Source of the DNA: an uncultured cyanobacterium
GTDB taxonomy: Bacteria; Cyanobacteriota; Cyanobacteriia; Cyanobacteriales; CAWUOF01
DNA: 64,000 nucleotides
Direction of reading: 5' to 3'
NCBI GenBank assembly: GCA_963744145.1
Contig: CAVUSO010000001.1
Coordinates: 3,520,001 to 3,584,000, forward strand
The notes beneath the pieces are model-generated. The model was not told the DNA's origin. It was given only the letters and a program-made list of their open reading frames with translations, and ran no database searches. This document shows, piece by piece, positions 1 to 10,414 of this stretch; within the stretch, counting starts at the first letter, position 1; each line of letters begins with the position of its first letter. A program made the translations under genes and the position numbers.

Positions 1-705
1 GATACCTTAAAAGTAAGCCCAACTGCAACTCAAGCAGAGATTAAACAAGCTTATCGACGCTTAGTCAAGTTGCTTCACCCTGATAGTAATCAGAAAACAG
101 CAAGTCATGAGGAAATTGTCCGCTTGAATGGTGCTTATGAAATCCTGAGCGATCCCCAAAAGCGACAATCCTATGACCAGGGGCTACATTTGCACCGAGG
201 GGTTTCCCCAAAAACCTCCTACGAATCCACTAGAAAAACCTCCAGACAAGAACACACCGTTAATGTCCATCAACAATATCGTCAACAAAGACAAAACAGC
301 CACAATGCTGACCAACATCTGCAACAATGGTTGCAAATTGTCTATCGACCGGTCAATCAACTTCTTTATCGAATTCTCGATCCGATCGACCGAAAAGTAG
401 AAGACCTTTCTGCTGATCCCTTTGATGACGAACTGATTGAAGACTTTCAAACTTACCTGAATCATTGTCGGGACTTTCTAAATCAAGCCCAGATTGCTTT
501 TCATTCTCTCCCCAACCCCTCCTCAGTTGCAGGAGTCGCAGCTCATCTTTACTACTGTCTCAATCAAGTTGGAGATGGGATTGATGATTTAGAATTTTTT
601 ACCCTTAATTACGATGAACACTACCTCCACACTGGTCAAGAATTATTTAGAATTGCGGCTAACTTACGTCGAGATGCTCAAGTAGCGATTCGAGAAATTT
701 TTTAA
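1..705 (+). CDS. DnaJ (J-domain) protein, 5'-truncated by window edge
   Basis: Frame is open from base 1: DTLKVSPTATQAEIKQAYRRLVKLLHPD, with the HPD motif and the 'LNGAYEILSDPQKRQSYD' J-domain helix. Confidence 0.9.
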   Translation, partial: DTLKVSPTATQAEIKQAYRRLVKLLHPDSNQKTASHEEIVRLNGAYEILSDPQKRQSYDQGLHLHRGVSPKTSYESTRKTSRQEHTVNVHQQYRQQRQNSHNADQHLQQWLQIVYRPVNQLLYRILDPIDRKVEDLSADPFDDELIEDFQTYLNHCRDFLNQAQIAFHSLPNPSSVAGVAAHLYYCLNQVGDGIDDLEFFTLNYDEHYLHTGQELFRIAANLRRDAQVAIREIF

Positions 706-841
706 TCGGTTATTTAAGATCACACTCAGACAGGACTAACACCAAAAAAAAAATTTAACAATTATTGTTCATGCTGTCGGAATAGAGAAATTAGTTTATG
801 CTTGAATAAGATTAAATTCAACTAGCTTTACCGAGGTGTTT

Positions 842-1150
842 ATGAAACTGTATTACATTACCCTGAATACTGATGAAGAAGCTCGTCAAATTGGGATGAA
901 ATTACTCACCCAAAAGTTAGCAGTTTGCGTCAACTGGTTTCCCATTACCTGTGCTTATCGTTGGGAAGAAAAAATTGTCGAGGAACCCGAAGTAGTTCTG
1001 ATTGTTAAAACCCAGTCTGGGTATCGGGAAGCGATCGAACAAATTATCAAACAATCTATCACCTACAACAATTTGATTGCGGAAATTTCCCCAGTCTCTG
1101 TGAATGAAGGTTTTCTCAACTGGTTAAATGCAGAAATCCCGACTCAATAA
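842..1150 (+). CDS. cutA: Divalent-cation tolerance protein CutA
   Basis: 'EEARQIGMKLLTQKLAVCVN..ITCAYRWEEKIVEEPEVVLIVKT' CutA signature; GAGG RBS before ATG 842. Confidence 0.9.
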   Translation: MKLYYITLNTDEEARQIGMKLLTQKLAVCVNWFPITCAYRWEEKIVEEPEVVLIVKTQSGYREAIEQIIKQSITYNNLIAEISPVSVNEGFLNWLNAEIPTQ

Positions 1151-1151
1151 A

Positions 1152-2315
1152 TTAAAAAAATTCTCTTTGCAATTCCCGTGCTTTAGCTTCAGCTGGATAA
1201 ATAACTTTTTCTTTGAGGGAAGTAGCTATTTCCTGGAAGTCTTCATAAATATAGGTTTCTAATACAGAAGAATATTTGCGGAACTGATCAAACAGAAGAG
1301 AATTTTTTAATGATACTTGCAAAATTGGTTGGATTGGCACCCAGGGTAATTTAGGAACTATATGTTGCAACTCCCACAAAATGTTTTTCGCATTCGTAAT
1401 ATCTGCGATCGTAAACCGAGCAATATTAGCTAAAGTAAAAAGTGTTTCAGAAACATCTCGACTAGCTAATTTCTTCAAGTCAAATACGACTGGTAAATAA
1501 TCTAGTTCACGCAATTCAGTTCGCAATTTTTCTAATAAAAACTGACGTTCTAATAGAGTAAAACGTCCCAGAATTAACACGATTTTAGAATTGATACTCT
1601 CAATCACTTCACGGAGCTTATGATGATCAAGCACCAGATGAATAAACTGAGCAACTTCTAAACTATCCACCGCGATCGCCGGTTGATTTGGAAGAGTAAT
1701 CAACAAATTTAACTGCTGGGCACCTTCTAGATTTAATCCCCAAGCTGAGATCCCATAGATCGAACAACCAGTTAAATTAGCATTTTCAAAATTTGTTTTT
1801 AATAGTCTAGCACCAATTAAATTGGCTCCACCAAGATCAGCATAACGTAATTCTGCACCTTGCAAATCGACTTGATTGAGATTAGCTTTTTGGAGATTAG
1901 CTTCACTCAAATTCGCACCAATTAAAGAGGCACCTCGTAAATCAGCTTCCCTCAGATTCGCACCAATTAAGTACGCTCCCCGTAAATCAGTTTTACCTAA
2001 ATAAGCACCCCGGAGATCCGCACCACTCAAATTGACCCGATTTAAGTTAGCTTCAAATACATAAGCTTCGCTCAGGTTAGCTTCACTCAAATCCGCTTCA
2101 AATAGATCAGCTTCACTCAAGTATGCTCCACTTAAATTTGCACCAGTCAAATTAGCTCGACGAAGATCGGCTCCCATCAAGTTTATCCCATTCAGATCAC
2201 AACCCTGTAGGTCTGCCCCAATTAATATTGGCCATATTTCTGGATTTTCTTCGCGCCAATGATTCCAGACATCAATTCCATCTTTGAGAAGAGCTAGGTG
2301 TTGATCTTTTGTCAT
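1152..2315 (-). CDS. Pentapeptide-repeat protein with C-terminal alpha/beta (NDT/TIR-like) domain
   Basis: About 30 A(D/N)LxG/A repeats, then 'KIVLILGRF...RFTIADITNAKNILWEL'; ATG at 2315 preferred over ORF start 2342. Confidence 0.85.
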   Translation of the reverse strand: MTKDQHLALLKDGIDVWNHWREENPEIWPILIGADLQGCDLNGINLMGADLRRANLTGANLSGAYLSEADLFEADLSEANLSEAYVFEANLNRVNLSGADLRGAYLGKTDLRGAYLIGANLREADLRGASLIGANLSEANLQKANLNQVDLQGAELRYADLGGANLIGARLLKTNFENANLTGCSIYGISAWGLNLEGAQQLNLLITLPNQPAIAVDSLEVAQFIHLVLDHHKLREVIESINSKIVLILGRFTLLERQFLLEKLRTELRELDYLPVVFDLKKLASRDVSETLFTLANIARFTIADITNAKNILWELQHIVPKLPWVPIQPILQVSLKNSLLFDQFRKYSSVLETYIYEDFQEIATSLKEKVIYPAEAKARELQREFF

Positions 2316-2430
2316 GCTGAAATTATACCGATAAACTACCAAAGACCCATATTAATCTAGCGTAAACTCTGATCTCACCTCAGCCCCAAGATCATTAAAC
2401 ATGATGTTGAGAGGTCAATCTAGTTTTATT

Positions 2431-2509
2431 AATAAATACTTATTGCAATAAATTTCTATTTAATCTAAGGTAGTGTCGGGAGCTTAATGAGTAAAACTCT
2501 CAATAAGCT
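2431..2509. promoter_or_regulatory. Fur-box-like operator(s)
   Basis: Inverted repeat AGCTTAATGAG-N7-CTCAATAAGCT (2481-2509, 1 mismatch) plus AATAAATACTTATTGCAATAA (2431-2451), upstream of the propeller/DyP operon. Confidence 0.5.
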
Positions 2510-2545
2510 TGACCCAAAATCCTAAATTTTTCAAGGATTAAGACC

Positions 2546-3736
2546 ATGAAAAAACATACCTGGCTGGCCATATTGATGGCATTTTCGGTAAACACAGCTT
2601 ATGCTCAGGAGACAAACAGCTTTCTAGGACAGTTCAAGCCAAGTGATAAGCCCACGACGTTGACTTCTACAGTCCCTGACCATGGCGATGACCAGAATCC
2701 ATACGCCGTTGTCGTCCCGACCGTAACGATCGGAAAGATCCAGAAAGATCATGTATTGGTTGATAATTTCAATAACGGTAAGAATCTCCAAGGTACGGGC
2801 ACAACAATTATTGACTACGATCCTGTCACCAAGCAAAAGTCACTGTTCGCCCAGGTACAGGTGCCTAAGAACTCTGATAAATTAAAATGCCCTGGAGGTG
2901 TGGGACTCTCCACAGCTATGGCAGTCCTGAAAAATGGTTGGGTAATTGTCGGCTCAACACCAAGCACAGATGGGACTACAGCCACCAAGGATGTGGGTTG
3001 CCTGATGATCTTAAATGCTAATGGTGAAGTAAAAGGAACAATTTCTGACCAATATATCAATGATCCATGGGGAAATATGGCTGTGCTCGATAACGGCAGC
3101 ACTGCTACGCTTTTCATCAGTAATACAGGATTCGGCGTCGGTGCGCCAGCAGTAGATGCTTCAAAAAACACTATCGTCAAGCAAGCTACTGTACTGCGGC
3201 TCGAACTTTCGATCCCGGAAGACCAAAGCCAACTTCCCACAGTAAAAAGCGAAACTGTCATCGCTGAGGGTCTTCCTGAACGTGCGGACAAAGACGCCTT
3301 TATCATTGGGCCAACTGGTTTAGCCCTGGGCAAAGACCAATCCACACTCTATGTTTCTGATGCACTAAATAACCGGATTATTGCGATCGAGAATGCGACC
3401 ACACGCATGGATAGTGCTAAAGAAGCTGATTTCAAGGTAATTGTTAAGAGTGATGGTGATCCTAATGGTGATTCCCTGAGTCAGCCACTTGCCATGATTA
3501 CAGTGCCTAACGGCAATCTATTGGTGACTAATGGTAAGAACGGTAAGGCAGTAGAAATAGATCCAGTGAGTGGTAAATGGGTTGCTTCCTACTGTCTTGA
3601 TTGCAACAAAGCGCAAGATCCACCTGGTAATGGAGATTTGTTCGGCATTGCCTTGACTCCCTCTGGCGATGGATTGTACTATGTCGAAGACGAATCGAAC
3701 AATTTGGTTTTGGCACATCACAAAAACAATGACTAA
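2546..3736 (+). CDS. Secreted NHL-repeat-like beta-propeller protein
   Basis: Sec signal peptide (MKKHTWLAILMAFSVNTAYA); repeated 'GPTGLAL..LYVSD', 'QPLAM', 'FGIALTP..LYYV' blades. Confidence 0.7.
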   Translation: MKKHTWLAILMAFSVNTAYAQETNSFLGQFKPSDKPTTLTSTVPDHGDDQNPYAVVVPTVTIGKIQKDHVLVDNFNNGKNLQGTGTTIIDYDPVTKQKSLFAQVQVPKNSDKLKCPGGVGLSTAMAVLKNGWVIVGSTPSTDGTTATKDVGCLMILNANGEVKGTISDQYINDPWGNMAVLDNGSTATLFISNTGFGVGAPAVDASKNTIVKQATVLRLELSIPEDQSQLPTVKSETVIAEGLPERADKDAFIIGPTGLALGKDQSTLYVSDALNNRIIAIENATTRMDSAKEADFKVIVKSDGDPNGDSLSQPLAMITVPNGNLLVTNGKNGKAVEIDPVSGKWVASYCLDCNKAQDPPGNGDLFGIALTPSGDGLYYVEDESNNLVLAHHKNND

Positions 3737-4985
3737 GAAATACCCGATACCTAGGCTAAGTCGTCGTGATTTTCTCAAAGCCACTGGTGGGTTAGGACTA
3801 TTAGCTGTTGGGGCTGGATTGATAGCTTCAGGTCCTAACATCTTGGGTAAAGTCATGGCTGCTGAAGATAAAAACGTGATCTTGCCATTTTGGAGTGAGC
3901 ATCAATTAGGAATTGTTACACCTCAGCAAGCACATACCTATTTTGCGGCTTTTGACTTGGTAACAGATCAGCGTGACGAGCTGATTACAATGCTCAAAGT
4001 CTGGACAGAAGCTGCGGCGAAGATGACCAGCGGTCATCCCACGACGAAAGATGGTGGTGAAGCTTTAGGGCTTTCTCCAGCAAGACTAACTCTTACTTTT
4101 GGTTTTGGTAGCGGTCTGTTTGTGAAAGAAGGTAAAGATCGCTACGGATTGGCTGCATTGCGTCCCGAAGCCCTGGTGGATCTGCCGAAATTTAACGGTG
4201 ACCAATTAGTGCCAGAGAAGACTGGTGGTGATATTTCTGTTCAAGCTTGTGCTGATGATCCCCAGGTCGCTTTTCATGCGATCCGTCAATTGACGCGATT
4301 AGCTGGAAAAGCAGTCAAACTGCGCTGGGCACAAACTGGTTTTGTATCTGGTGATGGTCAGGAAACCCCGCGTAACCTCCAAGGTTTTAAGGATGGTACA
4401 CAGAATCCGACGAAACAGCAGGATATGGAGAAATTTGTCTGGGTGGGCAAGGAAGGTCCAGCCTGGATGAGGGGTGGCAGCTATATGGTCGTGCGTCGGA
4501 TTAGGATCGCTTTAGAACATTGGGATAATACAGATGTTGATTTTCAGGAGCAGGTCATCGGTCGATATAAAATGTCTGGTGCGCCCTTAGGTAGGAAGAA
4601 TGAATTTGATGCCCTCGATCTTGATGCTAAGGACAAAGATGGTAATCTGATTATTCCTGAAAATGCCCATGTGCGTCTCGCTGCTGCGGCTCAGAATGAT
4701 GATACCCAGATTTTGCGACGTGGCTATTCCTATAATGATGGCGTGAATTTTACCGCCGAGCGTTGGCCGCCATGGCGACAAGGAATGGAATATGATGCTG
4801 GACTCCTATTTATTGCCTATCAGCAAGATCCTCGCACTGGCTTTATCAAGATCTTTGACAAAATGGCCAAGCTTGATACCCTCAATCAATTTGTAACTCA
4901 CACAGGTAGTGGTTTGTTTGCCATCCCACCTGGTGTACGACAAGGTGAATTTATTGGTCAAAGTTTATTTGCGGGTCGGTCTTGA
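3729..4985 (+). CDS. Tat-exported DyP-type peroxidase (EfeB-like)
   Basis: SRRDFLK twin-arginine signal; 'RNLQGFKDGTQNP' (GxxDG), 'AHVRLA', 'ILRRGYSY'; ATG 3729 overlaps the upstream stop. Confidence 0.9.
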   Translation: MTKKYPIPRLSRRDFLKATGGLGLLAVGAGLIASGPNILGKVMAAEDKNVILPFWSEHQLGIVTPQQAHTYFAAFDLVTDQRDELITMLKVWTEAAAKMTSGHPTTKDGGEALGLSPARLTLTFGFGSGLFVKEGKDRYGLAALRPEALVDLPKFNGDQLVPEKTGGDISVQACADDPQVAFHAIRQLTRLAGKAVKLRWAQTGFVSGDGQETPRNLQGFKDGTQNPTKQQDMEKFVWVGKEGPAWMRGGSYMVVRRIRIALEHWDNTDVDFQEQVIGRYKMSGAPLGRKNEFDALDLDAKDKDGNLIIPENAHVRLAAAAQNDDTQILRRGYSYNDGVNFTAERWPPWRQGMEYDAGLLFIAYQQDPRTGFIKIFDKMAKLDTLNQFVTHTGSGLFAIPPGVRQGEFIGQSLFAGRS

Positions 4986-5031
4986 TGATGTCAAAAATAA
5001 AGGCTCTTTGGATTAATTATTAGCACTAGCA

Positions 5032-5061
5032 GGCGATCGCCATTATTGCTCGGCGATCGCC
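5032..5061. terminator. Hairpin formed by two HIP1 sites between convergent genes
   Basis: GGCGATCGCC-N10-GGCGATCGCC (each arm self-complementary), between the DyP and GGDEF/EAL 3' ends. Confidence 0.35.
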
Positions 5062-5090
5062 CTAAGAAATCATTACCACCAAGATTCTTT

Positions 5091-6932
5091 TCACCATTGA
5101 GGAGCAGTAGCAATCAAAGCTCCTGCGGCTTCGCTATCTAAAGGTTTAGAGAAAAAATATCCTTGACCATACTCGCATTCTAACGCCCAAAGCTGAACCA
5201 ATTGCTCTTGAGTTTCTACCCCTTCTGCTACTACATACATACCCAGATTATTAGCTAACATCACAATCGATCGCACGAGTTCAGAATTTTCATCCTCACC
5301 CCCCATCCGACTGACAAAAGAACGATCGATTTTTAAGGTATTAATGGGAAATCGATGCAAATAGCTCAGGGAAGAATAGCCAGTCCCAAAATCATCTAGG
5401 CATAATTGAATATGTCTCGATCTAATTTCTTCGAGGACACCCGCCGCTACATCAGGGTTATCCACGAGTACACTTTCGGTAATTTCCAGTTTTAGAGTGC
5501 TTGGTTCTAATCCAGTTTCTGCTAAAATTTGGTCAATTTGGTTAATTAAATCCGGAGTGCTAAGTTGTTTACCAGAAAGATTGACACTCATGGTTAATTC
5601 TTGCACCGCTGGAAATTGGTCTTGCCATTGACGCATCTGTAGACAAGCTTGTTTTAAAACCCAACGCCCTAGGGGTAGGATTAATCCAGTTTCTTCTGCT
5701 ACGGGAATGAATTCTCCTGGTGAAATGAAACCACGTTCAGCATGGGGCCAGCGCACTAGGGCCTCGAATCCAGCTAATCTTCCTGTATCGAGATAAACAA
5801 TCGGCTGGTAGTAAACTTTTAAGCTTTCCCGCTCGAGCGCCCGCCGCAAATCTGTTTCTAATTGTAGCCTAGTTATGGTGTGGATGTGCATTTCTGGGTT
5901 GAAGACTTCATGTCGAGATCGACCCTGAGATTTAGCCCGATACATGGCAATGTCCGCATCCCGCAGCAGATTTTCTGGTTGATCGTAGATTTTAGCCTGG
6001 GCGTTTTCCTGTGCACCACCGATCGCAATCCCAATACTCGAACTGGTGAAAACTTCATGTTGATCGAGATTGAATGAGGAAGTTAAACTCAAGTGGATTT
6101 GTTCAGCTACCTGAGTGGCTTCATCGGTCGATTTAATATCTTCTAATAAAATCGCAAATTCATCTCCAGCCAAGCGAGCTACCGTATCAATTGGTCGAAT
6201 ACAACGCTGGAGACGAGTCGCGATCGCCATCAGTAGTTGATCACCGACGAGATGACCCAAACTATCATTGACCAGTTTAAAGCGATCTAAGTCTAAAAAT
6301 AGTACAGCAAATAAATATTTTTCGTTTTTTGCGCGTCGAAACGCACAGCGGAGTCGATCCATGAATAAAGCTCGATTGGGTAGTTCGGTCAGGGGATCAT
6401 AGAACGCATTCCGCACCAATTGTTCATCGATTTCTTTGTATTCAGTGATATCAAAAATGAATCCAACATAGCTATTGCTTGTACCATTATCTTCCCTCGT
6501 CGGTTCTGCTTGAGCTACGACCCAGATACTTGTCCCATCTGGACGCTGCAATCGATATTCTGATTTATAGGGTAATTTAGCTTGGATACAGTGTTGCCAT
6601 TGGGCGATTACTTTTTGCCGATCCTCTGGATGTAATGCTTGCTCCCACCCATTTTTCAAAGCGGTCATTTGGCTGAGTCCTGTCTGTTCGCACCATCGCT
6701 GATTGACATAGATCAATTCCCCTTGGGCATTAGCATGAAATATCCCTACAGGTAAGGTTTTCCCAATCGCGATCGCCTCATGGTTGCTTTCGAGCACTTG
6801 ATTTAGATCCAGTAGCTGGTGATTTTCCTGCTTTAAGTTTTTGATTTCCTTCTGCAATTCCTGGTTGGCTTTGATGAGCTTTTCGATCCGCTTTTCTAAC
6901 TCATCAGTAGCTCTGCGTAGCGCCTGCTCCAT
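5091..6932 (-). CDS. PAS-GGDEF-EAL diguanylate cyclase/phosphodiesterase
   Basis: PAS/PAC; 'DPLTELPNR', 'DLDRFK', 'ARLAGDEF', 'FEALVRW', 'LDDFGTGYSSL'. Confidence 0.95.
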   Translation of the reverse strand: MEQALRRATDELEKRIEKLIKANQELQKEIKNLKQENHQLLDLNQVLESNHEAIAIGKTLPVGIFHANAQGELIYVNQRWCEQTGLSQMTALKNGWEQALHPEDRQKVIAQWQHCIQAKLPYKSEYRLQRPDGTSIWVVAQAEPTREDNGTSNSYVGFIFDITEYKEIDEQLVRNAFYDPLTELPNRALFMDRLRCAFRRAKNEKYLFAVLFLDLDRFKLVNDSLGHLVGDQLLMAIATRLQRCIRPIDTVARLAGDEFAILLEDIKSTDEATQVAEQIHLSLTSSFNLDQHEVFTSSSIGIAIGGAQENAQAKIYDQPENLLRDADIAMYRAKSQGRSRHEVFNPEMHIHTITRLQLETDLRRALERESLKVYYQPIVYLDTGRLAGFEALVRWPHAERGFISPGEFIPVAEETGLILPLGRWVLKQACLQMRQWQDQFPAVQELTMSVNLSGKQLSTPDLINQIDQILAETGLEPSTLKLEITESVLVDNPDVAAGVLEEIRSRHIQLCLDDFGTGYSSLSYLHRFPINTLKIDRSFVSRMGGEDENSELVRSIVMLANNLGMYVVAEGVETQEQLVQLWALECEYGQGYFFSKPLDSEAAGALIATAPQW

Positions 6933-7509
6933 TTACTTGCACTCCGTGATATTGCGCAAAGCCTATCGCCCAATCCCTTAGCTAGTCAGCTTACTTTGGT
7001 ACGACTAATTTTTGCTCAGGAAAGGTTTTTTACGAACAAATTAGGCTTTCAATTCCAGCCTCCTTTGCTGATCATCTTGATTTTTCTTAACATTAGCTTG
7101 GCGAATCTAGATCGTGAATAACTGTTAAGTGATCATCGAACAAGTTTTCTGGCATTGTTCTAATTCTAAACTCTTATTTCAATACTTTTTTATTTTATAT
7201 CCAAAAATTAATTATGGATCTTGCCCTCCGAGGTTATTTGTCCCAGTCAATTTGTCTTTTTTTCAGTTTAGCTAAGTTCCTGTTTTTAATTCTTCCTTGT
7301 CAATCTAATTTTAACATCTTGAATAAATTTTGTCAATCAAATTTTTACCAAATTTTAAGATATTTCTGCTCTACCAAAGGACTAGAGATATTTTTGTTGG
7401 TAAGAAAAAAAAGCTCCCAATTGAGAGCCAAGAAATTTAGTGCGATCGAGAGCAGAATTGTCCGGACTACTAAATTTGCTTGACTACATTTAGATCATCT
7501 TTGATGATC

Positions 7510-8796
7510 TTAAGCGTTGATGTAATAATCTCTAGTACCTTTCATACTCAGAGCTTCTCCCAGACGATTAAGCGCATGAACATAAGCAGCGGTACGCATG
7601 GAAATTGCTAATTCTTGAGACAAACGCCAAATTTGCTCAGTTTCTTCAATCATTTTTTGTTTTAAACGCTGATTAACTTCATTTAAAGTCCAATAGAGAC
7701 CATTGCGATTTTGGACCCATTCAAAATAGCTAACTGTAACACCACCAGCATTGACTAAAATATCGGGATAAACATAAATACCTTTTTCTTCCAAGCAGAG
7801 ATCAGCTTCAGAAGTAATGGGACCATTAGCTAGTTCAAAAATAAACTTAGCTTTGATATTTGCCACATTGCCAGCATGAATTTGGTTTTCTAGAGCCGCA
7901 GGTACTAATATATCTACATCTAGAGTTAAGAGTTGATCATTACTGATGACTTCATGTTCGACTATATTGCAAACGGTATCTTTGCAATAAAAGGCTTGTA
8001 GACCTTTATTCGCTTCTTTAAAGTAACGGATTGAAGGAATATCTAGACCACTTTTGGCATAAATTCCTCCTTTCGAGTCACTCACAGCTACCACTTTATA
8101 CCCTGCGTGGAAGAGTAAAGAAGCAATTTCAGCACCAGCATTACCAAAACCTTGAACAGCAACCGTTGTCTGTTCAGGAATTTGCCCAAATTTGGACATG
8201 ATAGTTTCAATGGTAAAAAAAGCACCAGTAGCAGTAGCTGTATCACGTCCTTGACTACCACCTAAAGCTAGGGGTTTACCAGTGACAACCCCAAGACTAA
8301 GTTTACGTTGAATGATACTATATTGATCCATCATCCAACCCATAATCATCGGATTGGTATAAACATCTGGGGCTAAAATATCTACATCCGGACCAATAAA
8401 ATCAGCGATCGCATCAACATAACCACGACTAAGACGTTCCAACTCGAGTTTAGACAGCTCTTTGGGATTAACCGTCACACCACCTTTAGCACCACCAAAA
8501 GGTAAATTTAAAACTGCACATTTAAAGGTCATCCAAAATGCTAAAGATTGGACTTCATCTAGGGACACATCAGGATGATAACGGACTCCACCCTTACCTG
8601 GACCTCTAGTATCATCGTAGCGAACCCGGTATCCTGGAAAAACTCTTAAGGAACCATTGTCCATCCGGACTGGAATGGAAACACTTAAACTTGCTTTGGG
8701 AAATTTTAAGTGTTCAATGGCATCATCAGATATTTGCACATATTTTAAGGCTTTTTCCAATCTTTTACTGGCATCAACAAATAAGGAATGTAACAT
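7510..8796 (-). CDS. gdhA: Glu/Leu/Phe/Val dehydrogenase (glutamate dehydrogenase)
   Basis: 'GPGKGGVRYHP', 'LPFGGAKGG', 'VAVQGFGNAG', 'NAGGVTVSYFEW'; AGGAG RBS before ATG 8796. Confidence 0.93.
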   Translation of the reverse strand: MLHSLFVDASKRLEKALKYVQISDDAIEHLKFPKASLSVSIPVRMDNGSLRVFPGYRVRYDDTRGPGKGGVRYHPDVSLDEVQSLAFWMTFKCAVLNLPFGGAKGGVTVNPKELSKLELERLSRGYVDAIADFIGPDVDILAPDVYTNPMIMGWMMDQYSIIQRKLSLGVVTGKPLALGGSQGRDTATATGAFFTIETIMSKFGQIPEQTTVAVQGFGNAGAEIASLLFHAGYKVVAVSDSKGGIYAKSGLDIPSIRYFKEANKGLQAFYCKDTVCNIVEHEVISNDQLLTLDVDILVPAALENQIHAGNVANIKAKFIFELANGPITSEADLCLEEKGIYVYPDILVNAGGVTVSYFEWVQNRNGLYWTLNEVNQRLKQKMIEETEQIWRLSQELAISMRTAAYVHALNRLGEALSMKGTRDYYINA

Positions 8797-9205
8797 TTGC
8801 TTTTTCTCCTGAATCAAAATATACTTTTAGAAAAATTCCGATGGCGATCGAGTCTTCAACTAGATGGGGATCAAAAAAAAAGGTTGAACAAACTAGAAGG
8901 ATGCTTTTTGTTCACTCTATTTACATCATAGATACTCAGCCAAAAAATCAGATTGGTAAAAACTCGGAAAAAAACAATAAAGAAAAGTAAAAATCAGAGA
9001 TTGATCAACTATTACCTGGAGAAAAGTCAGATGGGTGAGCGGAATTGAGGGCAGGGAGTTGGGGGCAGATGATCTGGTTATTGTGCGTCAGGGAATATAA
9101 TGCGATCGCAGCTAATTTTGGCGAGAGAGAATAGATCTGGCAATCACCAGGAGATCATCACCCGGAAAGAAGCAATCAGACCAACTAGCTAGCAATAGCA
9201 AAACC

Positions 9206-10414
9206 ATGATGGAGAAAGTGCTGAGTGAAGAGCAGAAATGTCAGGAAACTTCGGTTAATGCGGATCAGAGGAGAAAAAACCGCATGACATTGGTAGAAGA
9301 ACTGAAACAAGAATGGGAAAACCGACTAAGTACAGAGTATCCGACTCTGGGCTACAAAAATCGGGAAAGCATCATTAGCTGGTTGTTGGGAGAAGAACCA
9401 GAACGGTTAGAAACTCTTCCCACCGATCAAGTGTCCATTGCTAAACAAGCAATGGATTATCGATGGCGAATTTTAAAACAACGCTATTTAATGACAACAC
9501 CAGAAAGAGCTTATCGGAATTTGATTCAAAGATTAGGCTCCTTGGTGTTACTACGGAATAAAATTAGGACTTGGGTAGCTCTAAGTCGCGATCGGCAACG
9601 GACAGTAGTCGATGTGTTAACCGAAGTAGTCCAGGAAATGTTACATAGCGATCGCTATATGCAGCAACAAATCGCCTGGATTGCCCAATGTAGTGCAGAA
9701 AAGCAAATGCGGAATGCACTTTTACTCGCTAATACAGAAGAATATTGTCTCCGACCAATCCGCAATCAACCATTACTGGTGTATCGATTTGTCAACTATC
9801 TGCGTCGGAGTCAACGGGGTGGGATGACCCAAGTTCCTGCTAAAGAACTGGTCAGGTTAGTTTCTGATGAGATTACCCCCGATGATGCAGACAATCCCTT
9901 AAGTTTGTTAGATGCTCAAGCTAGCATTCAATATCAGGAGTCTCAAAATTGGGAAGAACAGCAAGCGTTGCGACAGAATGTCCAACGAGAATTTGAAAAT
10001 TATTTAGCCGAAAAAGTTGATCCCCAAGCCGTCCGATGGCTCCAATTATATTTGCAAGGTCGCTCCCAGGAAGCGATCGCCCAAGATTTAAACTTACCGG
10101 TCAAACAAGTATATCGACTGCGGGAAAAAGTTAGCTACCATGCAATTCGGGTATTTGCTTTAAAAACTCAACCCGAAATCGTCGCTAATTGGTTAGAAAC
10201 ATCTGTACAGGAACATCAACTAGGGTTAACTCCCGGAGAGTGGCAAAATTATTGGAATAGTCTAACCAGCGATCAACGTCAACTGATTGAGGGGCTTAAA
10301 GCTGGTAAAAGTATCGAACAGCTAGCTCGAGAGTTAAAGCTGAAAACCAGCCAAGTCATGGGTGAGTGGAGTAAGCTTTATTTAGCGGCTCAAGCAATTC
10401 GGAGTGCATCCTAG
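9206..10414 (+). CDS. HetZ-related protein (cyanobacterial, sigma-region-4-like HTH)
   Basis: 'LRNKIRTWVALSRDRQR', 'WLQLYLQGRSQEAIAQDLNLPVKQVYRLREK' HTH. Confidence 0.75.
   Translation: MMEKVLSEEQKCQETSVNADQRRKNRMTLVEELKQEWENRLSTEYPTLGYKNRESIISWLLGEEPERLETLPTDQVSIAKQAMDYRWRILKQRYLMTTPERAYRNLIQRLGSLVLLRNKIRTWVALSRDRQRTVVDVLTEVVQEMLHSDRYMQQQIAWIAQCSAEKQMRNALLLANTEEYCLRPIRNQPLLVYRFVNYLRRSQRGGMTQVPAKELVRLVSDEITPDDADNPLSLLDAQASIQYQESQNWEEQQALRQNVQREFENYLAEKVDPQAVRWLQLYLQGRSQEAIAQDLNLPVKQVYRLREKVSYHAIRVFALKTQPEIVANWLETSVQEHQLGLTPGEWQNYWNSLTSDQRQLIEGLKAGKSIEQLARELKLKTSQVMGEWSKLYLAAQAIRSAS

Noticed and set aside
2815..3345. 176-aa antisense ORF (and similar shadow ORFs, e.g. 3518..3856, 48928..49401, 55835..56134)
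   Set aside because: They lie opposite well-supported genes and have no recognisable motifs
7214..7483. 89-aa ORF (also 8691..8990 and 35175..35441)
   Set aside because: Low-complexity AT-rich intergenic or overlapping frames with no RBS or family signal
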